DNA of 64,000 nucleotides from Gordius albopunctatus (Eukaryota), in contig OZ193910.1 of assembly GCA_964276515.1 (NCBI GenBank), positions 1,240,001 to 1,304,000 on the forward strand, given 5' to 3'. Of the stretch, positions 38,112 through 52,798 are shown one piece after another (position 1 is the stretch's first letter; each line of letters begins with the position of its first letter). The translations under genes were made by a program, and so were the position numbers. The notes beneath the pieces were generated by a model. The model did not search any database and had not been told where the DNA came from. It saw only the letters and a list, made by a program, of their open reading frames with translations.

Positions 38112-41100
38112 TCAATTTGATGATAATGGAAAGTAATAATATGGCTGTTGTGTTTGGTGTTGTTGATATGTTGGAAGCATATGATCCATTCCTGATAAAT
38201 AGCAACATATCATAATGAATAATAAAAATCTAATATATTTTAAGAAAATAAATTAAAAGGTTTATTACTAGACGAGGTGTCTTTTATAGATTCAATTTTT
38301 GCTATTTTGACCTCATCTTTACCATTGCTCATTGTAGAGGTGTCTTTGGGTTTACGTTTCCTAGTTTGTATGCTATCTTTTTTCATGGCTAGCGGGCGAT
38401 TGACCTAATATTCAAACGTTAAGAATATATTTATTTATTTAGAAATCAAAAATTAATTTAAATATAAAAATAATAAATATTAATATAAATTACGTTATGT
38501 AGTTTAAAATATAATCCGCAGGCGTTGCAAACCGGTTCGCCCAAATTATTTCTCCGCCATAGAGTAGTGGAATTGGTCATGCAATTGGAGCAATATATTC
38601 CTGTTTTTTTGAATGCCGATGGAATCTTCATGAATGAAGTTAATCATTAAGGATATCAATGCGTTATATAATTTGAATGCTAGAGCTCCTTATAATATAT
38701 AATGAGGCAATAAGAATAAATTCCTATATTGCATATCTCAAAGCTTAATTATTATAGTTTGCATAATAAATTTGTTGCAAAAGTGTAAATTCTAAATTTG
38801 CTAACATAAATTTGGTTAGTGATCATTATTGTTTGACTATTAAATCTTGTATATAAATAAAAATACCAATAACTATTTGTACAAAACCACTTGTCTTTAA
38901 TTCCTAAATTAAAACTCAATTTACATTAAAGCCACTACCTTAGCGTTCGTAGGAAATTGAGTGATAGAGATTTAGCGTTTAAGATACATTACACTTTCAA
39001 TACAGAACAATATATGATCATAGACTAATAAAACCATAGACTGTCGAACAGCTGATAATTTTTCAGCAAATTTAGCAAGCGCCATTTTGTGGGAAACCGC
39101 AACCAAACAATAGAACTCAGCATAATTTATTGTTCTACATTAAGCTATTTTCTTCAATATTTTATCGTGGAGAGGTATAAATAAACCTGTTGTTGAGTTT
39201 TTCCTACAATATGGCATCTATTTTGGTGTTTGAATGATTTTAATAGTAAAAACAGCTGTTCGACAGTCTATGGGTTTATTAGTCTATGTATATTATTATT
39301 ATTATTATAATTTTTAGAATTATTTAAGATTTACATTTTTTATATACATTTACAGCCTGGTCTGAATTTATACTAAATATTTTTAATAACATAACAATGA
39401 AAAAGTAAAGAGTGAAACCTAATAAAAAATGAATACGTATAAACATCTCATTACGCTTAAAAATAATTTGAATAGTAATATATATATTTATTTAGTCATA
39501 TAATGCGAAAATTATTAAATTATATTAGCAGAGTCTATTTTATGGTTTTTTAAAAGTATTTGACCATGAAACTATTAAAATATCTTTTATTATTAGTATA
39601 TATAGTTCAATTATGAAGGGGACACAAACCCCCAACCGGACGTCACTCACATATTTAATAAATTTTGAAACGCCCTAATAAAGAAAGTGAAATAGTTTAT
39701 ATGGTATAATAGCTATTTAACTTTAATATAAATTTTGAGCAGATTTGCAAACCCTCAAAATTGATTCTGTTTTAAATTATTATTAGCTACTATCTAAAAG
39801 CGCGGTTAAAACTCATCAAAAGCCAATAATTCAGTCTAATAGAGTTAGTATAAATAATTTACATTTTTAAAGGTCGTGTGTTTATATCTTTGCAACGTCC
39901 TTAAAAATACTTCATTATATCATGGAATACTCACTCACTATTGAGATCTATTAATTAGTGCTGTAAAAGGCGGCTGGGCTTTGCTTGGTCGATCATAGGT
40001 TTAGTCGGCACCCGGTCAAAGTAGCAAAAAAATAGCAGCCAAATTGGTCAGAATTCATCAAGATTGGTCAGGACTTTCATAGAATTTAAGTTTTAACCTA
40101 TAATTATGCAGTATTTTAGGATTAGGGTTAGGGCCAGGGTTTGGGTTGGGTTTATTGTTTCGACTTTTTCTGCTACTTTGACGGGTATTCGGTTTAGTCT
40201 ACTAAACATAAACCTAACAATCTTTTTTAACCTGTCAAAAATTAAAAAACAGACCCCAGAGTCGACGGTTAGTCTCAGTTGAACCAAAGGTTGACCAAAT
40301 AAAACCCCCCAGCCGCTTTTTCAACACTATTATTAATAATTGTTCTCTATTAGTTATAAAAGCACTAATATCAAAAAATAGATGTAATCTTGTCCTCTTT
40401 AAAGTCTAACAATTTTTACTATTATAACAAAAATATTACACCTTAAAATATTTATTTATAAAGATTTTTTGATAATAAATATTGCTCAAAGCATTATAAC
40501 AAACTTCTTTAGCTTTACTTTTTTATTAAGTTGCTGATAAGCCAGGGTATTATCAATCTTGACTGAACCCTTAAGAAAGTCGCTCTCGCTCTGTACTTTT
40601 CTTGAAATGGCGCATTGGTGACACATGTCATACCCTGTATTATCATCGACTTGCCATTCTCCTTTAGGATCACCTGATCCACAAATTACGCATTCCGCTT
40701 GAGGATAGGATAAATCAGCTAACTTATTAGGATTCTCCGAATTATCTATTGTCAAAATTTAAAATTACAAATATATATGGGATATAAAAAATTGTAATAA
40801 TTCTCAGTTTCATCTAGATATTAAAATGTTAGGTATAATTACCATAGCATAATGTGTGAGTACGTTTTCTTTTTCTATCCTTGAAACCTTTGCAATTCGC
40901 CGAATGGATTTCTTCTGACTTCAAGCCATTACTTTTAAGAGATTTGGGAAAGAAATCGTAGTCCTGATTGGATTTCTTAACGTTTTCGGGCACTAGTTGC
41001 CAGATCGGTGTAGATGAGTTTTGGTTTAGATGGGGAGTCAAATCGGTATTTTGTGAGGATATAAGAGTTGGGGTTAGTGGTGCTTTTTTGAACTGAGCAT

Positions 41101-41815
41101 TATAATTTTCCCCTTGGCATTCATAAAATAAAGCAGGGGGATGATGATAAAAGATTGATCCATTTTTATAATGACCTCCGGCTTCTTCGGTTGTTGAAGG
41201 GAGATAGTAAGGCAACTCATTATTGCAGTTATCTATATGGCTTGTTAATAAATTAGATTGATCATAGGTTGGCCCTGTTGCAAAATAAGGTGCTCCTGCC
41301 CTGTATAAATAGGAGACATCAGGATTAATTGTATAATTTTGTGCTTTTTTTAGTATGGGCGAGTTATCATGCAATTTATCATAGTTTAAAAAGTTTGGAA
41401 AATTAGAGTATTGATCGTATGGTTCCTCGTTGACATGCTGAACTTTCATGCTAGTTGCTAATTTTTCGTAGTCACCGTTAATCTTTGAAATAGTTGGCGT
41501 TGAGCTTTCATCTTTCTTGCTCATGTCATACCATTCAGGTATATTACAATTGGTGACCGATGTCAACCCAATGGTGTCAGTCTTGATTTTTGTACTGTAG
41601 TTACTCATATAATTATGGTGCGTATAATTGTTATAATAATTGTTAATAGGGTATAATTGAAATTTTGCTTCGTGATTGTTTTCAAGATTTAATTTAAATC
41701 TTTCGGCATCTACTGGCGGTTTTGGGTCAAAATATGTGGGTGGCCGATACGAGACTTTTAGCTGAGGCAAATCTCTGAGATTTAACCCGTAATTTGTGTC
41801 GCAATGATTATTCAT
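38112..41815 (-). CDS. GATA4/5/6-class transcription factor, 5 coding exons, canonical C-finger and degenerate N-finger
   Basis: [60 protein letters not shown] is the 4/5/6-type basic tail. Exons at about 41815-40843, 40746-40519, 38625-38494, 38404-38270 and 38192-38112. Confidence 0.9.
39019..39288. mobile_element. MITE, possibly P-element superfamily, in the GATA inter-finger intron
   Basis: 36-bp TIR CATAGACTAATAAA(A/C)CCATAGACTGTCGAACAGCTG; 8-bp flanks TATATGAT/TATATTAT. Confidence 0.8.
39957..40329. mobile_element. hAT-like MITE (TAGTG.TGTAAAA family)
   Basis: Imperfect TIRs; flanks CTATTAAT/TTATTAAT. Confidence 0.75.
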
Positions 41816-42209
41816 ATTGTCTAAATAAAAAAACGTGTTAAACGTTTACATATAATTTTAGTAGTAAGTTTTCAAAATAAATATGAATTGAGCTTAATCA
41901 TAATGCATCACGCGGCCATACATGGGCGTAGCCAAGGGGGAGGGGACAGATAGGGGCCGCTGCCCTATCCTAATAGTTAAAATTTATTAAAATTGTGGCT
42001 AGAATTCCATCAAATTATCATTTTGCCCCCCCCCCCCTCCATAAATCATTATTGCCCCTCTATAATTCTAATGCTGGCTACCCATACAGCCATGATATAA
42101 ATTAGGGGTCTACAGAAAGTGAAATAATCATAAAGGAAAATTACAAACAAAATGTAATAAAATTTAGAATTAGATAGCAAATTTTTTATATTTTTTCGTC
42201 TTGATAGGG

Positions 42210-43134
42210 TAGAGCCCTTCACGGGTTACCCGATCCGTTGGGTCGGGTTCGGGTTAAAAATTTTAAAATGCTTTTGGGTCGGGTTCGGGTTTAAAATCTG
42301 AAACTCGGGCCGGGTCAGGTTAAAGGTTATAAATCTTATATTGCATAATAGACATATCTTTTAAATTAATGCCATTATATATAATATTTTATAATTAATA
42401 TTGAAACACGTGATTAATTTATCTCATACATTTATTAATATCTTTTAAGTTATATCTGAATTTTGGATTTGCGCAATTTAAAAGTCAGAAAGGTAGAATA
42501 TCTTCATTGATGCTAAAAATTATAATAAACATATAATTAATATCCCAAAACTTATTAAAGATTTTGTGAACTCTCATTACGGTCTAATATACACTAGAAT
42601 AAAATAAAATTATCATGATTATTTATTAAACGAATGATTAAAATGTATAAAAAAACATGATTAAAAAATTAGAGTTTAAAAAAATGATTAAATTTTATCC
42701 TTTAATTTCCGCACAATTGCCACAACCATTATTAGCCTTAAAATCAAAATTGTTTGAAAATAAAGACAGACTCATTTTAATTTAGCAAAAGTTTAAGAAT
42801 ATCTGCATTTTTTACGGTGCCTACTGAAGATATGGGTGAAATATACTAAAAAAATTTATGATTTAGAATCTACCTTTTTTCTAATGCTTTGACTTCTGGC
42901 AAACATGTTTTAAAATTTTGTTAAATCTGTTGTTGTTTTTTTTGGGGATAACATTTTGTTGCCATTTAAAACCATCAAAATCAATTTTACAGCAATCACT
43001 TTTTTTTACTTTCGGGTCGGGTCGGGTTTGGCTTAAAACGCTTTCGAGCCGGGTCGGGTTTGGGTTAGAAAATTCAAAACTATTTCGGGTCGGGTCGGGT
43101 TCGCGTTGAAAAAAAGTGACTTTGCAGGGCTCTA
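42210..43134. mobile_element. hAT-like MITE related to 265-919
   Basis: TAGAGCCCT...AGGGCTCTA termini and GGGTCGGGT arrays; no clean TSD. Confidence 0.75.
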
Positions 43135-44659
43135 AGGGCAGCATCTGACCCCTCTCTCCTTAGATATGCCCATGCAATATTGCATAACTGCATGGGCGTA
43201 CCCAGGGGGGGCGGCTGCCCCCCCCCCCCCCCTAATTCAAAACCTGGGTACACCCATGCATAATTGCCATGCTTACTTATTAAATGACCCAATGCTATGT
43301 AATAATGATTCTATTGATTGTTTCAATATATCAATAAAACATTTTAATTGAAAAGATCACGTTTTTACAAATTTGTTATCCATGAAAATATAATCGAAAA
43401 AATTTTACGCTATGGATGAGCTACGTTGGTTTTTAAAATTCATATTACGAAACGATATAATATTTAATTCTCCTATGTTACCCTTAGTTTTAATAATATT
43501 TAAACAAAAAGCATATTAACTCAACTTCCGTTTTACCTATTCCCGCGGTATATTTATTAAAATTTGTTTTGTTAAAAGTAAGGTTTATTTAGAATAACGA
43601 TGGACTCTACGAAAACGCGGAAAAATGTGGAAAGTTTTAAGACGGTTGAAAAAAGATGTAAATCATTTCGATCAAAAATATTAAATTTTTTTGCAAATGT
43701 CTGAAGAATAGGGAATGAATGAGTGGTGCTTCTGAAATCACTCACTTAAAATTGCATGTTTTCCAACTTTACTTAACTTCTCTAAGACTAGTTTTAAAGA
43801 TTAATTTTTCGTTGGGTTTCTCATTCCATTATTATGCATGTAAATTTAATTGATATGAAAGTAAAAATTAAAAATTATGCCTGGCAACTAGGGGCGGGGG
43901 GAATGCTTTATGGAAGGGAAAAATAGCCATTTTTTGAAATTTAAGCCATAAAAATATTTTTAAAATTATTTGGATTTAAAGGGGGACAGCCGCCTCTGCA
44001 CCGCTGGCTGTGTCCATGATGCCAGATGTGGTCATAAAAAGGAACTTGAATTTTCTGATTTTTCACTAGATTCATTGGACAAGTTTAATAGGGAATTATA
44101 GGTAGTGCTTTCGGCCTAAAATAAATTTTGAACATATTTTATATTTAGAAGTTACACATAACGATGAAATTAATAAGCTAGCTTTCGAAACCAGTAAATT
44201 ACTCCATACTTTGAATAACAAAATATTAAATATCATAACTTCTTTATTAATTGACTCGTCATGACTGCCCATGGGCATAGCCAAGGGGAGAGGCAGGAAG
44301 AGGCGGTTGCCCCCCTTTAAATCCGGAAATTCTTCATAATTTATTAATTTCATGGCTAAAATTCCATAAAATTATTATTCGCCCCTCTCTAAATAATTAA
44401 TGCCCCCCTCTAATTCCAATTTAGGCTAAGCCCATGTGACTCCATCTTAGTTTATCATTTAAAACAGTCCTTTAACTATTTATATATAAATTCATAAATT
44501 ACAAAGGTAATTTGGGTATTTTTTCTTAGTGTTATGAGTATTTTTGATATAAATTATAAACGTAAGACATTATGTTTTTAATAAGAAAATGACGTAATTT
44601 GTTCAAAATAATCTAATAAAATTTTTTTTCTCGATAAAATAAAATCAATAAATAAAGCA

Positions 44660-45095
44660 CATTTATGATAAGATAATGAAACAGATATTATGTTTATTTT
44701 ACGCTATCGCTTTTATAAAATAGATAAATGATTACAAAAGTTATATTATCTAAAAATTATCTATTTTCTCTAAAACCGCGATTTAAATTTTATATTAGGA
44801 GTATATATACCTATCTGTAAATGAAATATCTAATCTAACTTTATCTACCTGCGGGATTTGAATTGGAAGATAGAAGGAAGATTTAGATTGACAAATTGTT
44901 TAAAGTCACACAAAGGTTGAATCCTATCTTTAAATAATTCCTCTTCTTTCTGTAATTTTATATTTCGCAAGTTTTTTTTGTTACTCTGATAAGTCACAGA
45001 GCGATTGTATTATTATTATATTTATTTCTTTAGTTCGCGAATGATAAGGTAGTTAGTATACTAATAAAGTAGGAATGGGGATTGATAAGAGATAT
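44660..45095 (-). promoter_or_regulatory. Candidate promoter/autoregulatory enhancer of the GATA gene
   Basis: 12 WGATAR sites in about 430 bp; minus-strand TATAAAA (44956-44962) and a CAG|GTAGAT donor near 44848. Function is inferred. Confidence 0.5.
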
Positions 45096-48000
45096 GTGCT
45101 ATGTTTTAATCTGTCTATTATTAACCTGAGTTGGAAATCCTAAATTAATGGAGACGAAAAAAGAGGAAATTTTATTTATATTTTTAAAATAAAAATGCTT
45201 TAATTTAAATTTCTCGCTCTGGGGGGGGGGGTGAGGATAGGTCTAGGTCACTTTCCCGCCCCCGCCCACATTTTGAATTTTTGATTTCCGATCATATGTT
45301 AGGGTTTAGAAATTTTTCCACGAGATAAAACAACATCCTAATGACCTATTAATGAGTCCCTGTTATGCAGTACATTAACTAAAATCCCCCTCATTAGCAT
45401 ATTCATCTTGTAGGTAATGTGAAAATATTAGCGTAGCCTACTTGTCAATCAATTTATAAAACTGTCATTCAATTTGATTGACGTGCTCACTTTCAAAACC
45501 AGCTCATGTCTATTCGCTATTTAATATCAATTGGTTATAAAAAATAAAAATAAAAAAGTAATTATCAAACTTTTGTAAAATCTAGCCAAGTAAGGTTAAG
45601 AAGTAAAAATCAATTTTTGCTTTCTAAAAGCTCAAATTATATTTGAAGGGGAAAGGTTTTAATTAAAATATTCGCATAATGTGTTGGCAATAAATTTCAT
45701 CAGGTTCGAGGTGTGAAGCAATTAATTGTTTATCGACCTTGATTTTAAACTTAATAATAAATAATTACCTTTATAAAATATGTCCTTGAGGGTGGCCACT
45801 CAAAATATGGTTCGGTTTTTAAAGTAAAAATTTAACTGCATTTCCTCTATTAATTAACACCGTAGTCGACCTTATCAGAAGCACATGCTACTTTTATTAT
45901 TGGATTATAGCCAAATGACAATTATAATAACTTTCCTTTTTTACGTTGTTTTTCCTTTTTATTTCCAAATTATTTTTCCCGTGAGTTACAAAAAGGTTTT
46001 TCTCCTTTTTACGGCAGGATCAGAATTCAAATAAAGTTAGGACAGTGCAAAACCACACTTTTATTGAATATGAAAATATTTTTTGGATTTTATGAATGGG
46101 AGGGCATAAGCGTAGCCAGCATTGGGATTAGAGGGGGGGGGGCAATAAGGATTTAGGCAGGGGCAAAATGATCATTTTTTGAAATCTAAGCCCTATTATA
46201 AATAAATTTCAACAAATTTTGGGATTTAGAGGGGGCATCCGCCCCTTCCTGCCCCCCACCCTTGGTTAAGCTTTCCTGCCCATTCCTGCGCTAAGCCCAT
46301 TAGGTAGGTATATAAGTGTAGTTCATTTCAATTAACATGGTATGATGATAAACGTGGAAAATAATATTATACATATGGGTGAATTGGATTTATGGAGTAG
46401 TGAGGTGGATATGGTGCAAATTATATTCATTTAGTACAACACTTAAAAATGTACAGAGAAAGATCAACAACACTTCACGTTCATCCCCCATGATAAATTT
46501 TAGGGAATAAATGATTTATGATTCCAGTATATAATTATAATAATTTACTTTTTCCCTACCATATATATCCATAACTAATTCAAATGTGTTTGGTGAAGAG
46601 TTTAGTTTACAATGAATTTTATGCATAGTTTGAAAGACAGAATGCTGGGGAATTCATAAAGCAAAACAAAAACTTTTTGCCTCATTAAATTGCACAGATT
46701 GTTTATTTTGTCGATATTTCCTAGAGATAACATGATGGGTTTCAACCAAAATTTGAATTATGGGAGGTGAAAATGATTGTTATATTAATTTAGGGAATTG
46801 CAAAATGACGCCTTTTTAATCATAAATAATTTTAAAATTACCCTTACTAGATGCATAAATTTAGTAATTTCTACGAGATATAATAACATGTATAAACCGA
46901 AAAAAATGCCTTTTATATTTAAAATTTTTTATTTTTATCAAATACCTACACATATCACAACTATGCCGTCAAAATGTGTTCAATAACCCAACAGCTTTAT
47001 TTTCAAACTAATCAAAATGAAATTTTTTGTTAAACGCGTATAATGTAAAATGCCCGGGAGGTATATAAAGATGAAAAAGAGGTAAAGTGGAATAGGAAAA
47101 GATTAAAATATAAACTCTTTTGCCTTCATTTAAGCTTTTTTTATCCAACTCCTTTTATATTGCTTCAAATTACGCAAGTAGTATATGAAAAGGGAGTAAT
47201 ACAATCCGCGACGTGTGAAAAGATGAATCAAACCTTATCTCTTTTGTCCAACTAATACCCACTTTTCTTACCTGCTTGTAGCATTAAATTTCACATTACA
47301 TTAAAAGGATGTAAAAGTTGTTGTTTTTTTATAAAATTTTTACCTAATTCACTTCCCCCTTTTAAATTTTTGTTTAAAAACACAAGGAATATTTCCAAAT
47401 ATTTTGTGGTGCATTTATTGCCGGAATCTCTTTTTATTTTATTTTTATCAAAAAATAAGAAATTCATTAAACAAAGATAGCCAAAAGGGGCGCTATAAAA
47501 GTAAAATATTGTGTTTAGTAGGGTAAATTCTAAGAAAATAGCAAACGATATAAAAACTATACTTGGAAATTTATTGATTAGAATTAGGTAATAACTTCCG
47601 GCAATTAATAATCGATTTACAAACGATATGACAAATTGCAAATCAATCATAAATGTTCTCTCTTGTGGGTGGTCCCAACAAAATCAAATCGCGTTAAATT
47701 ATAACCATTTTTCCACAATTTTAAAATCATCCATGGGCCTAGCCCGGATTTAGTTTAAATTTACGAGGGGGGGCAGCCACCCCTCTATGCCCCCCCGCGC
47801 TATATATAAGGGGTGGGAGGGGGCGACTTGTATGGTGTGACCTTTTTTATCAGGCCTTAAAGATCTTTGAGGTTTGTCAGTTATCTCTATTTGCTTAGAT
47901 TCCCACCTGTCAAATCCAAGCTTAATTACCTCTTCACACCTATAAATATTCTCATCCACATACGCCAGCTAGAATGCTCTGAATTCGTTAACATTCAAAA

Positions 48001-48181
48001 TTGTCGCATCTTCTAATCGCGCTTGAATAAATTAACATTTAACTAAGTTTATATATATATAATATAACTTAACCTAACTCCTCCTAAAAGACAGGATGTT
48101 TATGGGCCTAACAGGGGGGAGGGGCGACTGCCCCCTCTAAATCCAAAAAATTGTTGAATTTTATTAAATTATGGATGAAAT

Positions 48182-49065
48182 TAGTGTTGTGAATGAACTC
48201 AAATTTTTTGAAAAAATGGATGAACGGTGTTCCTTTTTTTAGTGAACGTGAACGTGTTCCTTTAGTTTGATGAACGCGTTCGAATTTAACGTTCGTTCAA
48301 TTTTAAAACCCATTTTTTATTTTTATTTATTTGAAAAATAATGTTAATCCAAATTTTTTAACAAAAAAGTCTTATATTTATTCATCAGCTATTTTTCATT
48401 TTTCCTATTACCTATTCCGAAATACTTTTAACATAACATAACGTGCAAAAGAAGATAAGATTAAAGTTTATTAATTTGTTATTATTAATTATATTTTAAT
48501 TTATGAAGGTATATTGTATCTTTTGTCAAATTATATAAATACAAAATGCTTTTAAATTATCATTTCATTAAGTTTGCAAAATAAGAACATGACATTCCTA
48601 TAATAAGAAGGAATAGTTACAATAATTAAAAAAAATATTAAAGAATAAACTTTTAGTTTTATTGAAAAAAAGGGATAGAATTGATAATGAAAGAAGAAGA
48701 ACTCTCGATTCCGAGATATCGTTTTTTGACGAGGAAGTAGAGGGCCGATTAGAGGATGATATCTTATCGCAATTTTTTGAAGCGAAGGACAAAAAATTAA
48801 ATTTTTTAAATAAATTTCCTGCTTTAAAAGATTTTTTTATTATGTATAATACTCCAATCCCCTCTTCTGCCCTGTGGAGCGGGTTTTTAGTATAGCTAAT
48901 GCTGTATTAACTGCCAAGCGTTCCTGCTTATCCGACGAAACTAACATATTATGTTAAAAAAATATAAGACATTTATTTATATTAAATTAAAAATTATTAA
49001 AACATTTTGAACGAACGCGAACCCGTTCCTTTTTTAGTATACGAACGTGGACGTGAATTTAAAAA
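48182..49065 (+). mobile_element. Internally deleted hAT transposon retaining the transposase C-terminal dimerisation domain; nested in a CATGGG MITE
   Basis: KFPALKDFFIMYNTPIPSSA, then (frameshift) VERVFSIA...KRSCLSDE; GAACG subterminal motifs; host MITE halves at about 48100-48181 and 49066-49135. Confidence 0.8.
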
Positions 49066-51099
49066 AAACGATCATTTTGCCCCCTCCCTAAATCATTATT
49101 GCCCCCTACTAATTCCAAAGCTGACTACGTCCGTGGTTGTTTTTGTTTCATTTATTTACCACCTAGTTTTAAATGAATAATTTGTATTTATTAAAAAGTA
49201 TATACTTAAAATGGATTAATAATAATCATCTACAAGTTCCAATATTCACCATATTAATGGGGTTTTGATCCTGGGGAAGAAATCCAAATCCTCAGAAAAA
49301 ATAAAATTAACAAGTGTTCATGTGTGTAGCCAGGAAGTGGTAGGGAGAGGCGCCTGCCCCCTGTAAATCTCGAAATTCCTGAAAATTTAATATGATTATG
49401 GCTAAAATTTGGAAAAATGTCCAATTTACCCCCCTCCCTAGATCATTATTGCCCCCCTCTAATCCCAATTCTGGCCAAGGCCAAGGCCTTGACCTCATCG
49501 GCTCTGCCACATTCTTTGACCCTTTAGCTATGCCACTCCTCCCTTTAAAATCAAAATATAATATATATTCACCAGTCCATGATTAAATTGTCAGAAAATC
49601 ACTAATTTTTTAAAAATCACATAAATTTGAAATGAAAAACTTGCGAGTCCGTAATTATAATTTGATCTCTGGCGATATTATTGTGTTTTCTTGGATTCCA
49701 CTATAAAAAGCCGAAAATTTATTAAAATTTTTTTTTATTTTTCCACGTGGTTTTGATAAATAGTATATTTATTAGCATATTAAAGGACATTATCTAAATA
49801 AGTAAACTTTAATTTAGTTTTCTCTTAACAAAATTTATCCAGCATCATAGGCCTGCAAAATTACTTTTCATCGAACCGAGCTCTTTATGAAGGTTGTATT
49901 TACTATTTGTCCGAGTGGCGCAATTCAGATCCGATATGCGTTTTATTATGTCGAGTCGATCCCGAACCGAAATTGACATTTATTTTTTAAAAATTTTTAT
50001 ATTTGAGATTTATTTAATCTGAAATTTTATGAAATTTATTGGTATCATAAGGTAGAAGGCTTGTTATTATAAATAAAGAACCAATTTTTATTGCTACAAT
50101 TTTACAATAAATTTTTTTAACGCATTAATTTAACTTAAGAATATTTAATTTTTATTCAACAACGGTCAAATAAAAGTTTAATTATTACCCATATAGTTAT
50201 TTATTTAAACAATTATATATGATATACATAATAATTCAACTATATAATTTCAAATTTTTTATTACTTTTATATCATTCTGTCTTTCGGACGTCGTAAAGG
50301 GTTTCCCTCTTAGACCCTATCGGTTTTCTATGTATTATATTTCTAACCAACGTAAAAGTATTTTAATGGCTATGCAATTTTTAATATACAGGGCTGGGCA
50401 CACAAGGGCGTAGACAGCAATTTTTTGAAATTTTAACCCTAATTTTAAAAAAGTTCAACAAATTTTTGGATTTAGAGGGGGTAGCCGCCCTTTCTTGCCC
50501 CCCCCCTTCCCCCTCAATGGCTATGCCAAGTAGGTGAATCTTAAGGGCTGGCATGACACAATAGTTTCTCCAAAAATGAGTTGTTTTTATATGCTAAATA
50601 TTAATGGTCTATAAAGGTTTATGTTAGGGAGCACCTGAATCCTGTCTGTTTTTTCTTTTGTGTTAAGCTTCAAACCTAGCTTTATTGCTCATAACATAGA
50701 ACACTATTATCAATTTGGTAGCAATTTATAAGTTGCATAATGTGCGTAAGTATTAAATAAAGATAATAGTAACATAATGAAAGGTGGACAAGACATTTTC
50801 TCTCAGCAGTATATCAATTAATATTTTAGATTTAACTTACAATTTTGATCCAAAAGTAATCATAAATAGACAGGAGGAACTAGAAAAAGCTATATGATCC
50901 AAGTTGTATGAACGTTATATTTATTTATTAATTTGGGGTTATTATAATGGTTAGTTGGCTTGGGTTTGCTTCTGCCTGACGCTCGAATCTGAGGCCCAAT
51001 TATTTATTCATATTTGTATGAGCCAACTTTGCCTTTTTATAAATGTCAGTGAAACACATAGACTGGTGAAACATATCAGCATTAATGTACGATATACCG

Positions 51100-51300
51100 T
51101 ACTCTTGTAAAAATGGCTGATTTTTTTTGGTCGAGCTTTGGCTTTAGTGAACTAAACATATTAGACCAAGTTTGACCAAAAACCTTTGTTCTGTTTACGC
51201 CACTAAAAAAACACACCAAATAACTTTTGGTCTAATTATGTTTAGTTGAATAAAACCAAAGGTCGACCAAACAAAACCCCCGGCCGTTTTTACAACACTA
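51100..51300. mobile_element. hAT-like MITE
   Basis: Exact 8-bp TSD ATATACCG; right terminus CCGTTTTTACAACACTA. Confidence 0.85.
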
Positions 51301-52798
51301 ATATACCGCAAGTTTGTTTTTTGCCGAGTCTGCCAATTTTGTTCAATTTAACTTAATTTTAACGTTAGCGACGGCCAGTGTTACTTCTGCTGTAGATCAC
51401 TAATTCTCTCTTGTATAATTATATAGTTTTATAGCATATTGCAAGATCCTATTAATTTGCCTAATTTTATCCTTATTTGTTTGGTCAAATGGTGAAAAAT
51501 AAACTCAATAGCATGTCGGCAAGAAGCTAATAAGAATGGCATAGCATTTTTAAATTTATGATAATTAACAAGATTGAATGTGACCTAACATCTCTTATAC
51601 CTTAGTCCTATATAGCTATCACCTTTTATAGGTGGGAATGAAACATCGGCTGAAAGAGTGTAAATAAATTATCAAAAAATACTTAGGTTTATGTAGGGCA
51701 GATCCCGCAGCGTTAAACTAATTTTGATTAGGATGATGTTGTGGTTTAGCCAGATATTACCCTCTCCCCAAATTCACTTACGATTATAGACATATTTATT
51801 TAGCTCTATAGAGAACGCGAGTGGGATTTGTTTTAGGTACTGCATATTACCCTAAAATTTATTCTAAAACTATAAATTATTATTATATCAGAAATTCGTT
51901 GATAAATTACGGGTTTTTTTTATAATAACACGGTTCAACAAGAAAAATTAACCGGCAAACTGTTTGCAGATTCTGGTAAAGTTTTTCACGGTGAACACCT
52001 ATCCTAGACGTCAAGTTTTTTAAATATTCGCTGTCAAAGTTGCCAAAAACGCGATTTTAGCGTTTTTCAAACGTCAATAACTTACAAATTAGTCGGCAAA
52101 AATTTTATTTAATAGATTTAATACGTAGATATAGGGGAGAGGAATGTATTTACAATTTTTTTTATCGTAACACTTTTACTTTTTAAATTATATACAAAAT
52201 TAATTATCCCTATCTTTTACATTGACAAATTACACCAGACTTGAGGGCGCCCTCCCTTCTCTTGAACACTAGTAATTAAGTGCATATTGTTGTTTTGGTA
52301 ATAGTAGTAGTAGAGTAGATAAACAACTTATATTAGAAATTATTTAATAAATTGCGTTTTTTATAATAATCAGATGATAATAATAACCCCTTTCAGGAGT
52401 GCTGCAATTAAATTAAAAGTGTCCTCTAATTAGCTCCATCTATAGGCAATTTTTATTGGAAACTAATTTTGAACTATATATATCCCTATCTTTTTTTAGC
52501 ATGTGACAAAAATTATAACAGACATACAACATTTTCGCTCTTATTAGAGCTCATCAGTATGCAATAATTATGTTTTTTTATAAATAGGCCTTGTATTTGT
52601 ACACCGTTTTAAAGCTATTGAAGATAATAAACCTTGCTTCTTTAGTTAGTAGACAAAGCGATTTAATGTTGCAGCAAAGGGAAAGGATTTGTTAACCACT
52701 AAATTAATAACACCTAACCGTTCTATTCCCCATTATTCTTAAGCTCACATATTTGGTACTAAATTGTCATTTTTCATATAGTCAGCTGATTTTTGAAA

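Noticed and set aside
40122..40150. TTAGGG-like interstitial telomeric repeats
   Set aside because: Only two perfect units, located inside a MITE.
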